DNA of 64,000 nt, from assembly GCA_046292785.1 (NCBI GenBank), contig JBKBQB010000006.1, positions 30,530 through 94,529 of the forward strand, in the 5' to 3' direction. Position numbers and translations under genes: made by a program. Below are positions 40,502-51,603 of this stretch, in pieces; position 1 is the stretch's first letter; each line of letters begins with the position of its first letter. Below the pieces are notes generated by a model. That model saw only the letters and a list, made by a program, of their open reading frames with translations. It was not told the origin of the DNA and made no database searches. This DNA comes from Paracoccaceae bacterium (lineage in GTDB: Bacteria; Pseudomonadota; Alphaproteobacteria; Rhodobacterales; Rhodobacteraceae).

Positions 40502-40801
40502 ATGGCCTTCCCATATCTGCGATCCACAATCGTGCCACTCGCCGTTGGTTGCTTTGCCGGCGTCGCCGTTATTGCGGGCCTAAGTTTCGGCATTTATGGT
40601 TGGCAACTCTTTGCCATTGCAATCGCGATCGGAATTGTTGTCGGAGTGCCGTTCGGTCTTTGGACCTCTCGGCGCATGCGCGCCACCGAGCCACTGACAC
40701 GCCCGGAAAGTCCCACAATGGACCCGAGTGCCGCCATTCGTGAAATGGACCCAAGCCGCGCCGAACCCTACCCGCCCGCACCGGATCAGGGCAGGATGTA
40801 A
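40502..40801 (+). CDS. small two-TM membrane protein, uncharacterised
   Basis: RBS AGGAGA 6 nt before ATG 40502; two hydrophobic helices then a Pro-rich tail; the only + strand gene inside the dcw region. Confidence 0.5.
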   Translation: MAFPYLRSTIVPLAVGCFAGVAVIAGLSFGIYGWQLFAIAIAIGIVVGVPFGLWTSRRMRATEPLTRPESPTMDPSAAIREMDPSRAEPYPPAPDQGRM

Positions 40802-40822
40802 TGGTAATCGGCCGTCTTGTTC

Positions 40823-41092
40823 TTATTCTGCTGCGGTGCCGCTTTTGGCTCTGATCTTGCTCTTTGACCAGCGCCAGAGGTGAATCAATGGCCAACGAAG
40901 CACGCTCACCCCAGCCGCAAGGATCAGCAGACCCCACACCGGTCCGTTCTGCATGGTGACCCAACCAACAAGCGGAATGCCGATGACAATCAAGACATAG
41001 GCCGCACGCCAGTGATGGTCCCGGCTTGGAAACATTGCGATTACATTCGCGACGACCAGCCAGACCAAGGCAACTGTCAGCGCCGGGGTCAC
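40823..41092 (-). CDS. small 3-TM membrane protein (DUF2484-like)
   Basis: GTG start overlaps the murC stop (GTGA); hydrophobic [18 protein letters not shown]...; the family assignment is from memory. Confidence 0.5.
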   Translation of the reverse strand: MTPALTVALVWLVVANVIAMFPSRDHHWRAAYVLIVIGIPLVGWVTMQNGPVWGLLILAAGVSVLRWPLIHLWRWSKSKIRAKSGTAAE

Positions 41093-42501
41093 GCGACCTT
41101 CTCCGCCAGACGTGCCGGCAGGTTGTTGGCCCAAGCACTGATTGTGCCTGCGCCAAGGCAGACAAAGATATCTCCCGGTCGGGCCTGTTCACGAAACAGG
41201 CGGACCAGATCGGGTTCATCCATCACCGCGCGGGCATGACGATGACCGTGGGCAATCAGACCGGCGACCAGATCATCCCGGCTTGCACCCGGAATAGGAT
41301 CTTCACCCGCAGCATACACTTCGGCAATGCCCACCACATCCGCCTCGTTGAAACAGGTGCAGAAGTCTTCGAACAAGGATGACAGGCGGCTGTATCGGTG
41401 CGGCTGATGAACTGCGATCACCCGGCCAGAGGTGGACTGGCGGCACGCCCGCAGAACGGCGGCAATCTCGACCGGGTGATGGCCGTAGTCATCAATGATC
41501 GTCACGCCATTGACGTCGGCAACTTTGGTGAAACGACGGTTCACCCCGGCAAAACCGGCAAGAGCTTCGCGGATTTCTTCTTTCTTCATGCCCAGATGGC
41601 GCGCCACCGCGACAGCTGACAACGCGTTCGAAACGTTGTGATCTCCCGGCATTGGAAGGACACAACCCTCAATTTTCGAACCTTCCCCTTCGTTATTGAG
41701 CAAGATATCGAACAACGCCTTGCCATTTTCGAACGTCAGATTCACCGCCCGCACATCAGCCTGCGCGTTGAAGCCAAAGGTGACGATGCGGCGATCCGCG
41801 ACCCGCCCCACCAGCGCCTGCACCTCCGGATGATCGGTGCAGCACACCGCCAGACCGTAAAACGGGATGTTCGATACAAAGTCCAGAAAGCCTTTGCGCA
41901 GGGCGTCAAAGCTGCCCCAATGCTCCATGTGTTCGGGGTCGATGTTGGTGACAATCGCGATCGTCGCGGGCAGACGGTTGAACGACCCGTCGCTCTCATC
42001 CGCCTCCACCACCATCCACTCCCCCGCCCCGGCCCGCGCGTTGGAACCATAGGAATGGATCACGCCGCCATTGATGACCGTGGGATCAAACCCGCCCTTG
42101 TCCAGCAGCGTGGCCACCATCGTCGTGGTGGTGGTCTTGCCATGCGTGCCCGCCACCGCAATGTTGGACCGCATCCGCATCAGTTCCGCCAGCATCTCGG
42201 CCCGGCGCACCACCGGCAGTTTGCGCCGCCGCGCCTCCTCCAGCTCGGGGTTGCCTTTCTTGATGGCAGAAGACACCACAATCACTGCCGCTTCCCCAAG
42301 ATTGTCGGCCGCCTGTCCCTCGAAAAAAGCAGCCCCCAGAGACACCAGCCGGTCGGTGATCTTGCTGGCCTTGGAATCCGATCCCTGCACCGTGTAGCCC
42401 AGTGTCATCAGCACCTCGGCAATACCTGACATGCCAATGCCACCGATCCCGACAAAGTGGATCGGACCAAGCTCCAGCGGCAATTTGGTTGCTGCGTTCA
42501 T
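41089..42501 (-). CDS. murC: UDP-N-acetylmuramate--L-alanine ligase
   Basis: [29 protein letters not shown]. Confidence 0.95.
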   Translation of the reverse strand: MNAATKLPLELGPIHFVGIGGIGMSGIAEVLMTLGYTVQGSDSKASKITDRLVSLGAAFFEGQAADNLGEAAVIVVSSAIKKGNPELEEARRRKLPVVRRAEMLAELMRMRSNIAVAGTHGKTTTTTMVATLLDKGGFDPTVINGGVIHSYGSNARAGAGEWMVVEADESDGSFNRLPATIAIVTNIDPEHMEHWGSFDALRKGFLDFVSNIPFYGLAVCCTDHPEVQALVGRVADRRIVTFGFNAQADVRAVNLTFENGKALFDILLNNEGEGSKIEGCVLPMPGDHNVSNALSAVAVARHLGMKKEEIREALAGFAGVNRRFTKVADVNGVTIIDDYGHHPVEIAAVLRACRQSTSGRVIAVHQPHRYSRLSSLFEDFCTCFNEADVVGIAEVYAAGEDPIPGASRDDLVAGLIAHGHRHARAVMDEPDLVRLFREQARPGDIFVCLGAGTISAWANNLPARLAEKVA

Positions 42502-43598
42502 TGCGGGGATCCTTCTGCGAGGGCTTCGACAAGCGCCACCAAGCGATCGGTGGCATCGGGACGACCCTGCGACAGGGCATTGGCGGCCATCCGGTTGGCG
42601 GCGTCGGGTTGCGACAGCACCGCCGCCATGTGGCCGCTGAGGGTCACGGCGTCAAGCACCTTTTCAGGAATCACGATGGCCGCATCTGCCTGGGACAGGC
42701 CGCGTGCATTGGCAGTCTGGTGGTCGCCGGTGGCGGCGGCAAAGGGGATCAGGATGGCGGGACGCCCGATCACGCTGATATCTGCGACCGATGACGCCCC
42801 CGACCGCGAGATGACCAATTGCGCCTCGGAAAGCCGGGTGGGGATGTCGTTGAAAAACGGCTGCACCTCGGCCCGAACCCCGGCTTCGGCATAGGCCTGA
42901 ACCACCCGGTCCATATCCTCCGCCCGTGCCTGATGGGCCACGCGCAGATTGTGGCGCACACTGTCGGGCAGCAGCGCCACAGCTTCGGGCACCACATCCG
43001 ACAAGATACGCGCACCCTGGCTGCCACCGATCACCAAAAGGCTCATCGGATAATCGCCGGGCGCAATATAGCCCGCACCGGCCCGGTCCAGCACCGCCAA
43101 CCGCACCGGGTTGCCGGTGTGGACCCCCTGAACCCCGTCGGGCAGATCCGTCGGCCAGGTTCCACACGCCACCCGGTCGACCCGCGACGCAAAAATCTGG
43201 TTTACCCGCCCGAGAACGCCATTCTGTTCGTGGATCATTCTGGGCCGACGCAGGACCCATGCTGCGCCTAGGGCGGGAATCGTGGGGTAGCCGCCAAAGC
43301 CCACCACAACGGCAGGTCTGTCGCGCAACTGCGCGAACATCGCCCCCAGAATGCCACCCGCCACCCGGAACGGCACCGCCACCTTGGCCGCAAGGCCACC
43401 ACGCGCGAACGTGGCCGACACCACCTGCTCCACGGCCACGACGTGTGGAAAGCCACCCGAATACCGCGCCCCGCGCGCATCGGTCGACAGCTTCACCCGC
43501 CAGCCCCTGCGCACCATCGCTTCGGCCAGCGCCTGCGCGGGGAACATGTGCCCGCCGGTCCCCCCGGCAGCAATCAAAAGCAACTTGTCCCGCGCCAT
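42498..43598 (-). CDS. murG: undecaprenyldiphospho-muramoylpentapeptide beta-N-acetylglucosaminyltransferase
   Basis: [20 protein letters not shown]; ATG 43598 overlaps the ftsW stop (ATGA); the 124-codon upstream ORF extension is discarded. Confidence 0.9.
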   Translation of the reverse strand: MARDKLLLIAAGGTGGHMFPAQALAEAMVRRGWRVKLSTDARGARYSGGFPHVVAVEQVVSATFARGGLAAKVAVPFRVAGGILGAMFAQLRDRPAVVVGFGGYPTIPALGAAWVLRRPRMIHEQNGVLGRVNQIFASRVDRVACGTWPTDLPDGVQGVHTGNPVRLAVLDRAGAGYIAPGDYPMSLLVIGGSQGARILSDVVPEAVALLPDSVRHNLRVAHQARAEDMDRVVQAYAEAGVRAEVQPFFNDIPTRLSEAQLVISRSGASSVADISVIGRPAILIPFAAATGDHQTANARGLSQADAAIVIPEKVLDAVTLSGHMAAVLSQPDAANRMAANALSQGRPDATDRLVALVEALAEGSPQ

Positions 43599-44761
43599 CA
43601 GCGCCCCCTGCGGAGGATATCGCCAATTTCTCCTTGCGGGCGCGTGCGAGTCAACGCCAGCAACATGCCCACTGTGATGCCCGCAGCGATCACGGATGAC
43701 CCACCGTAACTGACAAAGGGAAGCGTCATGCCCTTGGCGGGCAACAAGCGCACGGCGACGCCCATATTGATCATCGCCTGCACGCCGAAGATGCAGGCAA
43801 GACCGGTTCCGGCAAGGCGGATGAACGGATCGCGCTCGCGCATCAACCGGAACAGGCTGCGCACCACGATGGTGCCGTAAAGCGCCAGAATGACAAGCAC
43901 CAGGATCAGCCCGTATTCCTCGGCCGCAACGGCAATGATAAAATCGGTATGCGCGTCGGGCAGCGTCCACTTCACCTGTCCCTCACCGACGCCGACCCCG
44001 AAAAAGCCGCCCTCCTGGATCGCGTTGGTGGCGTAACCGATCTGGCTGCGCGGATCGATTTCAGGGTTCAGAAATCCGTCGATCCGGCGGGCGAAGTGTT
44101 CCGAGCTTTCATAAGCGATCGTGCCGCCAAAGCTGACCAGCCCCAGAATGATCGCGATCAGCGTCATCGGTGCGCCGGCAACAAAATAGATCACGCCCCA
44201 GCCAAACAGGATCAGCGCGGCCTGACCGAAATCTGGCTGGATCACCAGAAGCAGGATGACCACCACTGTCAGCCCGAACGACACCGATTTGCCCGGCGGC
44301 CCGTTCAAATCCTGGCTGGCCGCCATCAGCCACGCCACCATGACCATGAAACCGGGCTTCAGGAATTCAGATGGTTGCACCGAAGCAAAACCAAAGCTGA
44401 ACCAGCGCACAGCGCCCTTGCCGAAATCGGTGCCAAAAATCGGCAGCAGCATCAGGGCGACAAACGCCCCGGCGAAACCGATCACCCCCAGACGCCGGAT
44501 CATCGCGGGCGGCATCATCGACACCCCTGCCATTGCCAGCAGCGCGATCACGCCGAAAACGGCCTGCCGCTGCACATAATAAAAATCATTCAACCCGTTC
44601 CGGCTGGCCAGCGGCACACTCGCCGCAAGCCCCAGCAGCAGCCCGATCCCGAACAAGACCATGATTGCGGTCAGCGACCATTTGTCGATGGTGCGCCACC
44701 AACGGGGAAGAACAGGCTCTGTCACCCGAATGGGACTGGAGCCATAGACCATTTCAGTCAT
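43598..44761 (-). CDS. ftsW: cell division protein FtsW (SEDS family)
   Basis: 10-TM profile, [28 protein letters not shown]. Confidence 0.9.
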   Translation of the reverse strand: MTEMVYGSSPIRVTEPVLPRWWRTIDKWSLTAIMVLFGIGLLLGLAASVPLASRNGLNDFYYVQRQAVFGVIALLAMAGVSMMPPAMIRRLGVIGFAGAFVALMLLPIFGTDFGKGAVRWFSFGFASVQPSEFLKPGFMVMVAWLMAASQDLNGPPGKSVSFGLTVVVILLLVIQPDFGQAALILFGWGVIYFVAGAPMTLIAIILGLVSFGGTIAYESSEHFARRIDGFLNPEIDPRSQIGYATNAIQEGGFFGVGVGEGQVKWTLPDAHTDFIIAVAAEEYGLILVLVILALYGTIVVRSLFRLMRERDPFIRLAGTGLACIFGVQAMINMGVAVRLLPAKGMTLPFVSYGGSSVIAAGITVGMLLALTRTRPQGEIGDILRRGR

Positions 44762-44973
44762 GGGAAAACCGCCTGTAAAGCCTGCACTGCCGATCGCCCG
44801 TTTTCCGGGTCTGCATCAAAGTCTAACCAAGAACGGCCTGCAAAGCCAGTAGAAAGCAGAGTCAAAGCAGCCCTGAGATCACAGCTTCATCACCACCATA
44901 ACCGGGGCATACGGACACGCGGCGCGGCTTGACGGGCAGCAAAGGGTCAGACGGCATCTGTGGCGAAACATCT

Positions 44974-45000
44974 GGAAAATGCGCGCCCGCTGGGCGCGTC
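44974..45000 (-). terminator. terminator-like hairpin after murD
   Basis: On the - strand ACGCGCCC-AGC-GGGCGCGC followed by ATTTTCC. Confidence 0.4.
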
Positions 45001-45022
45001 CATTGGTTTGGTTGCCGGGCCC

Positions 45023-46426
45023 CTAGTCCTGGGTCAGCGCCTTGACCTGATTCACAAAATCCTCACCCCGCTTTTCGAAGTTCGGATATTGGTCAAAACT
45101 TGCTGCGGCCGGGGCCAACAGCACCACCTCGCCTGCTTCGGCCTCTGCCGCCGCGCGTGTCACGGCCTGTGCCATGGTCTCGCAGATCTCGTGCGGGGTG
45201 TCGCCCAGTTGCAGGGCAAAGTCGCGGGCCGAATGACCGATCAGATAAGCTTTCACCACCGGGCCAAGAAAAGGCTGCAACGCTGCGATCCCGCCTTCCT
45301 TGCCCATCCCCCCCGCAATCCAGCGAATTCGCGGAAAGGCCTGCAGCGCCTTGGCCGCGCTGTCGGTATTGGTGGCCTTGGAGTCGTTGATGAATCGCAC
45401 ACCGCCGCGCTCGCCCACCAGCTGGCTGCGATGGGGCAGACCGGCGAAGGACTGGAACGCCGCTTCGATCAGTTTCGGCGCAATTCCCAAGGCTCGGCAC
45501 GCGGCATAGGCGGCGCAGGCGTTCTGGTGGTTGTGCGCACCGGGCAGGCCAGACATCTCGCGCAGATCGATGCTGGCCACCTGCCGCCCCTTGCGCCATT
45601 CCGACAAGAACCCCTTGCGGGCAAACACGCTCCAGCCAAACTGGTCAAGCTTCTGGCCCGACGAGATGCGGATCACCCGGTCGTCCTGCGGTCCCATGCC
45701 CATCTGATTGGCCAGAAACTGCCCCTCGACCTCATCGACCCCGATAACGGCGCGGTCGGGGCCACCTTCGGAAAACAGCCGCCGCTTGGCCGCGAAATAA
45801 CCGCCCATGCCATGGTGCCGGTCCAGATGGTCGGGCGACAGGTTGGTGAACACGGCCACATCCGGCGTCAGCGCACGGGCAAGGTCGGTCTGATAGCTGG
45901 ACAGTTCCAGCACCACCACCTCGCCATCCTGCGCGGGGTCGATCGACAAGACCCCCTTGCCGATGTTGCCCGCCATCTGCACCGGGCGCCCCGCCACTTC
46001 CAGAATATGATGGATCAGCGCAGTGGTGGTGGATTTGCCGTTCGATCCGGTCACACAGACGACGCGCGGCATGGTTTCGAAATTATCCCATTCAGCCGTG
46101 GCAAAGCTGCGGAAAAACAGGCCGATATCGTTGTCCACCGGCACCCCCGCCTCCAGCGCGCGGGCGATCACCTTGTTGGGCGAAGGATACAGGTGCGGGA
46201 TACCGGGGCTGGTGATCAGGCAGACCACGTCGTCAAACACGTTGGCGCGGGTCAGATCGGTGAGCGTGAAGCCTTCGGACTCGGCTTTTGCACGCGCTTC
46301 GGGGCTGTCATCCCACAAAAGCGGTGTCGCATCGCCCGCCAGAAGGGCGCGGGCAGTGGCAAGGCCCGACCGACCAAGTCCCAGAACGGCAACCCTCGCG
46401 CCGGTGTAGCCTTTGACTGGAATCAT
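45023..46426 (-). CDS. murD: UDP-N-acetylmuramoylalanine--D-glutamate ligase
   Basis: [30 protein letters not shown]; ATG 46426 chosen. Confidence 0.9.
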   Translation of the reverse strand: MIPVKGYTGARVAVLGLGRSGLATARALLAGDATPLLWDDSPEARAKAESEGFTLTDLTRANVFDDVVCLITSPGIPHLYPSPNKVIARALEAGVPVDNDIGLFFRSFATAEWDNFETMPRVVCVTGSNGKSTTTALIHHILEVAGRPVQMAGNIGKGVLSIDPAQDGEVVVLELSSYQTDLARALTPDVAVFTNLSPDHLDRHHGMGGYFAAKRRLFSEGGPDRAVIGVDEVEGQFLANQMGMGPQDDRVIRISSGQKLDQFGWSVFARKGFLSEWRKGRQVASIDLREMSGLPGAHNHQNACAAYAACRALGIAPKLIEAAFQSFAGLPHRSQLVGERGGVRFINDSKATNTDSAAKALQAFPRIRWIAGGMGKEGGIAALQPFLGPVVKAYLIGHSARDFALQLGDTPHEICETMAQAVTRAAAEAEAGEVVLLAPAAASFDQYPNFEKRGEDFVNQVKALTQD

Positions 46427-46542
46427 CTGCCGCCCCTGTTTCCGGTTTTCTCCGTCAGGGGATAGGGGATGGCGCGCGATCTTGAAAGGGGGCGCCTGCG
46501 GCTTGTGACGCAGGGGGCTGTCTGCCCCCTCGGCCTTCGGCC

Positions 46543-47217
46543 TCACCCCCGAGGATATTTTTCAACAGATGAAGAGGACAGAGCCGCCTTTCCCTGAGGG
46601 GACAGAACATAGCGGGCGCGGGCGGGATGGTTGAACCAACCGTAGTGATTGTCGCGCAGGATGGTGGCTGCCCGCGCAATGCTAGTGGCTTTGGCAAGGG
46701 CGGCCGGGCTTTGGCCATCGGGGAAGGCACAGAGGGCTGCGGCAATGCACAAGGCATCCTGGCGATAGGCGGTCATGCGCTTTATGCCGGTGGTTCCGCC
46801 GATGTTGGGATCCCCCTGCCGTTGGTGGAACTCTCGCAACATTCGACCGGCTTTGACCGCGTTTTTGCGCGGCTGGTAGGGGCCGGGGTCGAGGTGGGGC
46901 GCGACAGTGTCATTTTTGACCGTGAGCAAACCAAGACCGAGACGGCGCAACACGGCGATCAGATCCCGGTAGCGATGCGTCCATTTGGCGGGATGGGGAA
47001 CCGCAAGATAGACGTGGTCGAACAGCCCCTGCCGCGCCACGCCTTGCAGGATCAGTTGCAGGTTGAGGGCGGTTTTCAGCTCGACGATCAAGGGGGGATC
47101 GGGGTCGCGGCAGGCCATGACATCTGCTGCCCCGACCTCGGCCTTGACCGTATAGCCCTGGGCTTCGAGAAAGGTTTTCACCGGGATGTAAAGGTCGGAT
47201 TCTTTGATTGACGCCAC
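46543..47217 (-). CDS. DUF2161-like protein with PD-(D/E)XK nuclease-type motif and C-terminal wHTH-like region
   Basis: AADVMACRD...LIVELKT gives a D...ExK pattern; GTG 47217 is the proposed start (the ORF extends to 47367 but would overlap the upstream gene). Confidence 0.55.
   Translation of the reverse strand: MASIKESDLYIPVKTFLEAQGYTVKAEVGAADVMACRDPDPPLIVELKTALNLQLILQGVARQGLFDHVYLAVPHPAKWTHRYRDLIAVLRRLGLGLLTVKNDTVAPHLDPGPYQPRKNAVKAGRMLREFHQRQGDPNIGGTTGIKRMTAYRQDALCIAAALCAFPDGQSPAALAKATSIARAATILRDNHYGWFNHPARARYVLSPQGKAALSSSSVEKYPRG
46547..46577 (+). repeat. member of the dispersed short motif family (GAGGATATTTTTCAACAGATGAAGAGG)
   Basis: Overlaps the 3' end of the DUF2161 ORF on the opposite strand. 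Confidence 0.25.
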
Positions 47218-47258
47218 CTTTGATCGGCAGGTTGGAAAAAGGGAAACGGCGCGCCGGG

Positions 47259-47597
47259 CTAGAACAGCCTTGTTACACCGAAGTTGTGCAGAGCGTTTGC
47301 GACCATTGGGGAGAACATCAGTCCGCCGAGGAAAATTGCCAGGAATCCGATCAGGAAAACCAGCCATGTGACAAAGACGCCGACTTTGGTCCAGCGCTCG
47401 GTCAACCGATCCAACAGGGGAAGACTCCCCAAAAGCGACAGGACCAGTCCGGCCAGTCCGGCCACGGTGATCGGCTGGCCGGGCAGAAACACGAATGCGA
47501 ACAGCAACAACGCTCCGGCAAGTGTCACGTCAAAATATCGGTGGCTTGTCAGATTGCTTCGCAGCAACGGCACAGGCTTTTGCGGGCCGCTGGTCAT
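47259..47597 (-). CDS. small multi-TM membrane protein, uncharacterised
   Basis: 112 aa with 3-4 hydrophobic helices; starts 7 nt after the mraY stop. Confidence 0.5.
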   Translation of the reverse strand: MTSGPQKPVPLLRSNLTSHRYFDVTLAGALLLFAFVFLPGQPITVAGLAGLVLSLLGSLPLLDRLTERWTKVGVFVTWLVFLIGFLAIFLGGLMFSPMVANALHNFGVTRLF

Positions 47598-47603
47598 CCG
47601 TTC

Positions 47604-48686
47604 TCACCGCACCTTGAGCGTTGCCAGCCCGATCAGCGCCAGGATCAGGCTGATGATCCAGAAGCGGATCACGATTTGCGGCTCCGCCCAGCCCTTTTTC
47701 TCGAAATGGTGGTGGATCGGGGCCATCAGGAAAACGCGTTTGCCGGTCCGTTTGAAGTATAGGACCTGAATGATGACCGACAGAGCCTCGACCACGAACA
47801 AGCCGCCGACGATGGCGAGCACGATTTCGTGCTTGGTGCAGACCGCGATCGCACCAAGTGCACCACCAAGCGCAAGGCTGCCGGTATCCCCCATGAAGAC
47901 GGCCGCAGGGGGGGCGTTATACCACAAGAACCCCATGCCCCCGCCGAACAGCGCGGCGCTGAAGATCAAAAGTTCGCCGGTGCCGGGGACGAAGTGGACG
48001 CCAAGATATTGGGTGTAGTTGAAGTTCCCGACCACATAGGCAATCACGCCAAGCGTGCCTGCTGCGATCATCACCGGCATGATGGCCAGTCCGTCAAGTC
48101 CGTCTGTCAGGTTGACCGCGTTCGCGGCCCCCACGATCACAATCATCCCGAAGGGAATGAAAAAGAACGAAAGGTTCAGCAACAGGTCTTTCAGGAACGG
48201 AAAGGCCAGTTGGTTCGTCAATTCGGGCGGATGGAAGCTGGATGCAGCGAAAGTGGCCAGCAGCGCGATCACGAGGCCTGCCGAAAAGCGGATCTTGCCT
48301 GAGACCCCCTTTGTGGTCTGTTTGGTGACTTTGGCATAGTCGTCAGCAAAGCCGATCATGCCAAAGGCGATGGTGACCAGCATCACGATCCAGACATAAG
48401 GGTTGTCAAGCCGCGCCCAGAGCAGGGTGGAGACCAGCAGCGCCGACAGGATCAGCAAGCCGCCCATGGTTGGGGTGCCTGCCTTGGCGAAATGGGTGGC
48501 CGGGCCGTCATCGCGGATCGGCTGGCCCTTGCCCTGTTTGCGGCGCAAGATGTTGATCAGCGGCTGGCCGAACATGAACCCGAAGATCAGGGCGGTCAGA
48601 AAGGCCCCACCGGCACGGAAGGTGATGTAGCGAAAGAGGTTGAAAACATCCCCCCCGCCGGAAAACTCGGTCAGCAGATACAACAT
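47604..48686 (-). CDS. mraY: phospho-N-acetylmuramoyl-pentapeptide transferase
   Basis: [31 protein letters not shown]. Confidence 0.95.
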   Translation of the reverse strand: MLYLLTEFSGGGDVFNLFRYITFRAGGAFLTALIFGFMFGQPLINILRRKQGKGQPIRDDGPATHFAKAGTPTMGGLLILSALLVSTLLWARLDNPYVWIVMLVTIAFGMIGFADDYAKVTKQTTKGVSGKIRFSAGLVIALLATFAASSFHPPELTNQLAFPFLKDLLLNLSFFFIPFGMIVIVGAANAVNLTDGLDGLAIMPVMIAAGTLGVIAYVVGNFNYTQYLGVHFVPGTGELLIFSAALFGGGMGFLWYNAPPAAVFMGDTGSLALGGALGAIAVCTKHEIVLAIVGGLFVVEALSVIIQVLYFKRTGKRVFLMAPIHHHFEKKGWAEPQIVIRFWIISLILALIGLATLKVR

Positions 48687-50123
48687 TCACGCGGTCCCTT
48701 CTGTTGGGGCGCTGCCTTGACCCATTTTGCGCAGGGCGTCAACGACGACGCTGACCTTCGAGCCTTTGGAGCCCTTGATCAGGATGATATCCCCGGCATC
48801 AACCAGTTGCCGCGCATGTCCGGCGATGGCTTCCGCCGCTTCCACCCATTCGCCGCGCTGACCCCGTGGCAGGGCGGCGTGCAGTGCGCGCATGCGCGGA
48901 CCGACACAGTGGATGGTGTGGATGGCCGCAAGACCAGGATGGCGGGCGATGGCAGTGTGCAAGGCTGTCTCGGTGGGCCCCAGTTCCAGCATATCGCCAA
49001 GAATGGCGATGCGGCGGCCTTGACCGACGCGGCCCACACCGTTTTCGGGCTGGGCGGCGATCAACACATCAAGACTGGCAGCGATAGAGGCCGGATTGGC
49101 ATTGAAAGCGTCATCGATCAGTTGGAAGCTGGTCTCATCCACCCGGTCAAGCAGGATGGTTTCGCGGGTGCCGCGCCCGACCGGGGGCTGCCAGTTGCCG
49201 ATATCGCAAGCCGCGATGGTGGGATCGCAACCAAGCGCGTCAGCGACGGCCAACGCACCAAGCGCGTTGAGCGCGAAGTGTTTGCCGGGGGTACGGACCT
49301 TGAACAGCAGCGCGGCTCCGTTGCGGGTGGCGCGGACAACGGTGGCGTCATCGGTGATGTCGGCGTGGTCCATGTGATACTGCGCGCCGGGGGTGGTGCC
49401 GAAAAGCGAGACGCTTGCGCCGACGGATGTGGCTTTGGCCAGCAGGATCGGCGTGGTAGCCAGATCGGCGTTCAGGATCGCGGTGCCGCCCGGCATGAGA
49501 CCGTCCATTATGGCGGCCTTTTCATCCGCGATGGCGTCCACATCCGGGAACGACTCCAGATGCGCCGGGGCAACAATCGTGATCAAGATGACATGCGGCA
49601 GCGCCATCCGTGCGAGGGGGGCGATTTCGCCGGGATGGTTCATGCCGATTTCGATCACCGCGAAGTCGGTGTCGGCAGGCATCCGTGCCAGTGTCAGCGG
49701 CACGCCCCAGTGGTTGTTGTAACTGGCCTCGGCCGCATGCACCCGGCCCTGCCCGCCAAGAATGGCGCGCAGCATTTCCTTGGTGCTGGTCTTGCCGACC
49801 GATCCGGTGACGCCGACCACTTTTGCGCGGGTGCGAGCGCGGGCGAAAGTGCCCAGCGATTCAAGGGCTTGCAAAACATCGGGCACAACCAGCAAGGGCG
49901 CATCTGCGCCCACCCCTGCGGGGCGGTGGGTGACAAGGGCCGCAGCAGCCCCTTTTGACAGGGCCTGCGCCACAAAGTCGTGACCGTCGCGCACATCTTT
50001 CAGCGCCACGAACAGATCGCCCGGCTGCAAGGTGCGGGTGTCGATCGACACGCCGCCTGCTTGCCAGAGGGCAGTACTCTTGCCCCCGGTGGCCGCGACC
50101 GCATCTTCAGAGGTCCAAAGCAT
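48687..50123 (-). CDS. murF: UDP-N-acetylmuramoyl-tripeptide--D-alanyl-D-alanine ligase
   Basis: VVGVTGSVGKTSTKEML, Mur ligase central and C-terminal domains. Confidence 0.9.
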   Translation of the reverse strand: MLWTSEDAVAATGGKSTALWQAGGVSIDTRTLQPGDLFVALKDVRDGHDFVAQALSKGAAAALVTHRPAGVGADAPLLVVPDVLQALESLGTFARARTRAKVVGVTGSVGKTSTKEMLRAILGGQGRVHAAEASYNNHWGVPLTLARMPADTDFAVIEIGMNHPGEIAPLARMALPHVILITIVAPAHLESFPDVDAIADEKAAIMDGLMPGGTAILNADLATTPILLAKATSVGASVSLFGTTPGAQYHMDHADITDDATVVRATRNGAALLFKVRTPGKHFALNALGALAVADALGCDPTIAACDIGNWQPPVGRGTRETILLDRVDETSFQLIDDAFNANPASIAASLDVLIAAQPENGVGRVGQGRRIAILGDMLELGPTETALHTAIARHPGLAAIHTIHCVGPRMRALHAALPRGQRGEWVEAAEAIAGHARQLVDAGDIILIKGSKGSKVSVVVDALRKMGQGSAPTEGTA

Positions 50124-51592
50124 CAGATCACCCCATCGAGTGCTGCCACAGCAACGCTCGCCTGTTCCACATCGTCGAACGGATACACCTGCCCGGCGAT
50201 GATCTGCCCGGTTTCGTGTCCCTTGCCCGCGATCAGAAGCGCGTCGCCCGGTTGCAGCGCATCGATGCCGCGCAGGATCGCTTCGGCCCGGTCGCCCACT
50301 TCGGTGGCATCAGGACAGGCGGCCATGATCGCCGCACGAATGCTGCCGGGGTCTTCGCCACGCGGGTTGTCGTCGGTTACGAACAGCACATCGGCATTGG
50401 CGGCGGCGGCAGCGCCCATCAGCGGGCGCTTGGTGGTGTCGCGGTCGCCGCCTGCGCCGAACACGATCACGATCCGGCCCATGACATGCGGGCGCAGCGC
50501 CTTGAGCGCGGTTTCAATCGCGTCGGGGGTGTGGGCGAAATCGACATAAACCGCAGCGCCGTTGCTGCGGGTGGCCGCAAGCTGCATGCGGCCCCGCACG
50601 CCGGTCAGTTTCGGCAAGGTGGCAAACACGGCCTGCGGATCGTCGCCCGAGGCGATCGCAAGGCCTGCCGCCAGCGCGACATTTTCGGCCTGAAAGCCGC
50701 CAACGAGGTTGAGCCGGGTCATGAAGGGCTGGCCCTGCCACGAGAAGCGCAGATCCTGCCCAGTGGCGTCATAGCGCTGCGACATGAGGCGCAGGTCGGC
50801 CCCCTGCCCGTGGCCGATGGTCATGGTCGGCAAGCCCCGATCCAGACACAGCTCCACGATATCAGACCCATGCGCGCCGTTCAGGTTGACCACAGCCACC
50901 GCATCATCTGGCAACAACCGGGTAAACAAGGCCGCCTTGGCGGCCAGATAAGCCTCCATCGTGCCGTGGTAATCCAGATGGTCCTGCGTCAGGTTGGTGA
51001 ACCCGGCGGCGCACAGGCGCACCCCGTCCATCCGCCGCTGGTCAAGCCCGTGGGAGGACGCTTCCATCGCGCCATGGGTCACGCCCGCGCCGGCGGCCTG
51101 CGCAAGCATGGCATGCAGAGTGATGGCATCAGGGGTGGTGTGGGCAGAAGGCGCGGTCCATGCCCCCTCGACTCCGGTGGTGCCGATGTTGATGGCGGCG
51201 TGGTCCAGCGCCTCCCAGATCTGGCGGGTAAAGGTGGCGACTGAGGTTTTGCCGTTTGTGCCGGTTACGGCGACCATATGAGCGGGTTGTGCCGCGAACC
51301 AAAGCGCGGCGGCACGGGCAAACGCTTCGCGCGCGTCTTCGACCACGACAACCGAGATCGGTGCGGTGGGCAGCAGGCGCGCGCCGGTCGCATCGGTCAG
51401 AATGGCGACCGCGCCCTGTTCGATGGCGGTTGCAGCAAAGTTGGCCCCGTGCAGACGGCTGCCGGGCAACGCGGCAAACAGATATCCGGGCATGACCGCC
51501 CTGCTGTCGGCGGTTATTCCGATGATGGCGGGGTTAGCCCCTGCCCTTGGGGTCAACCCAAGATCTGCCAGTGTTGCGCGGCGGGTCGCCAT
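50123..51592 (-). CDS. murE: UDP-N-acetylmuramoyl-L-alanyl-D-glutamate--2,6-diaminopimelate ligase
   Basis: VAVTGTNGKTSVATF, DNPRGEDP; ATGA overlap with murF. Confidence 0.9.
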   Translation of the reverse strand: MATRRATLADLGLTPRAGANPAIIGITADSRAVMPGYLFAALPGSRLHGANFAATAIEQGAVAILTDATGARLLPTAPISVVVVEDAREAFARAAALWFAAQPAHMVAVTGTNGKTSVATFTRQIWEALDHAAINIGTTGVEGAWTAPSAHTTPDAITLHAMLAQAAGAGVTHGAMEASSHGLDQRRMDGVRLCAAGFTNLTQDHLDYHGTMEAYLAAKAALFTRLLPDDAVAVVNLNGAHGSDIVELCLDRGLPTMTIGHGQGADLRLMSQRYDATGQDLRFSWQGQPFMTRLNLVGGFQAENVALAAGLAIASGDDPQAVFATLPKLTGVRGRMQLAATRSNGAAVYVDFAHTPDAIETALKALRPHVMGRIVIVFGAGGDRDTTKRPLMGAAAAANADVLFVTDDNPRGEDPGSIRAAIMAACPDATEVGDRAEAILRGIDALQPGDALLIAGKGHETGQIIAGQVYPFDDVEQASVAVAALDGVI

Positions 51593-51603
51593 CTTGTGTC
51601 CCC

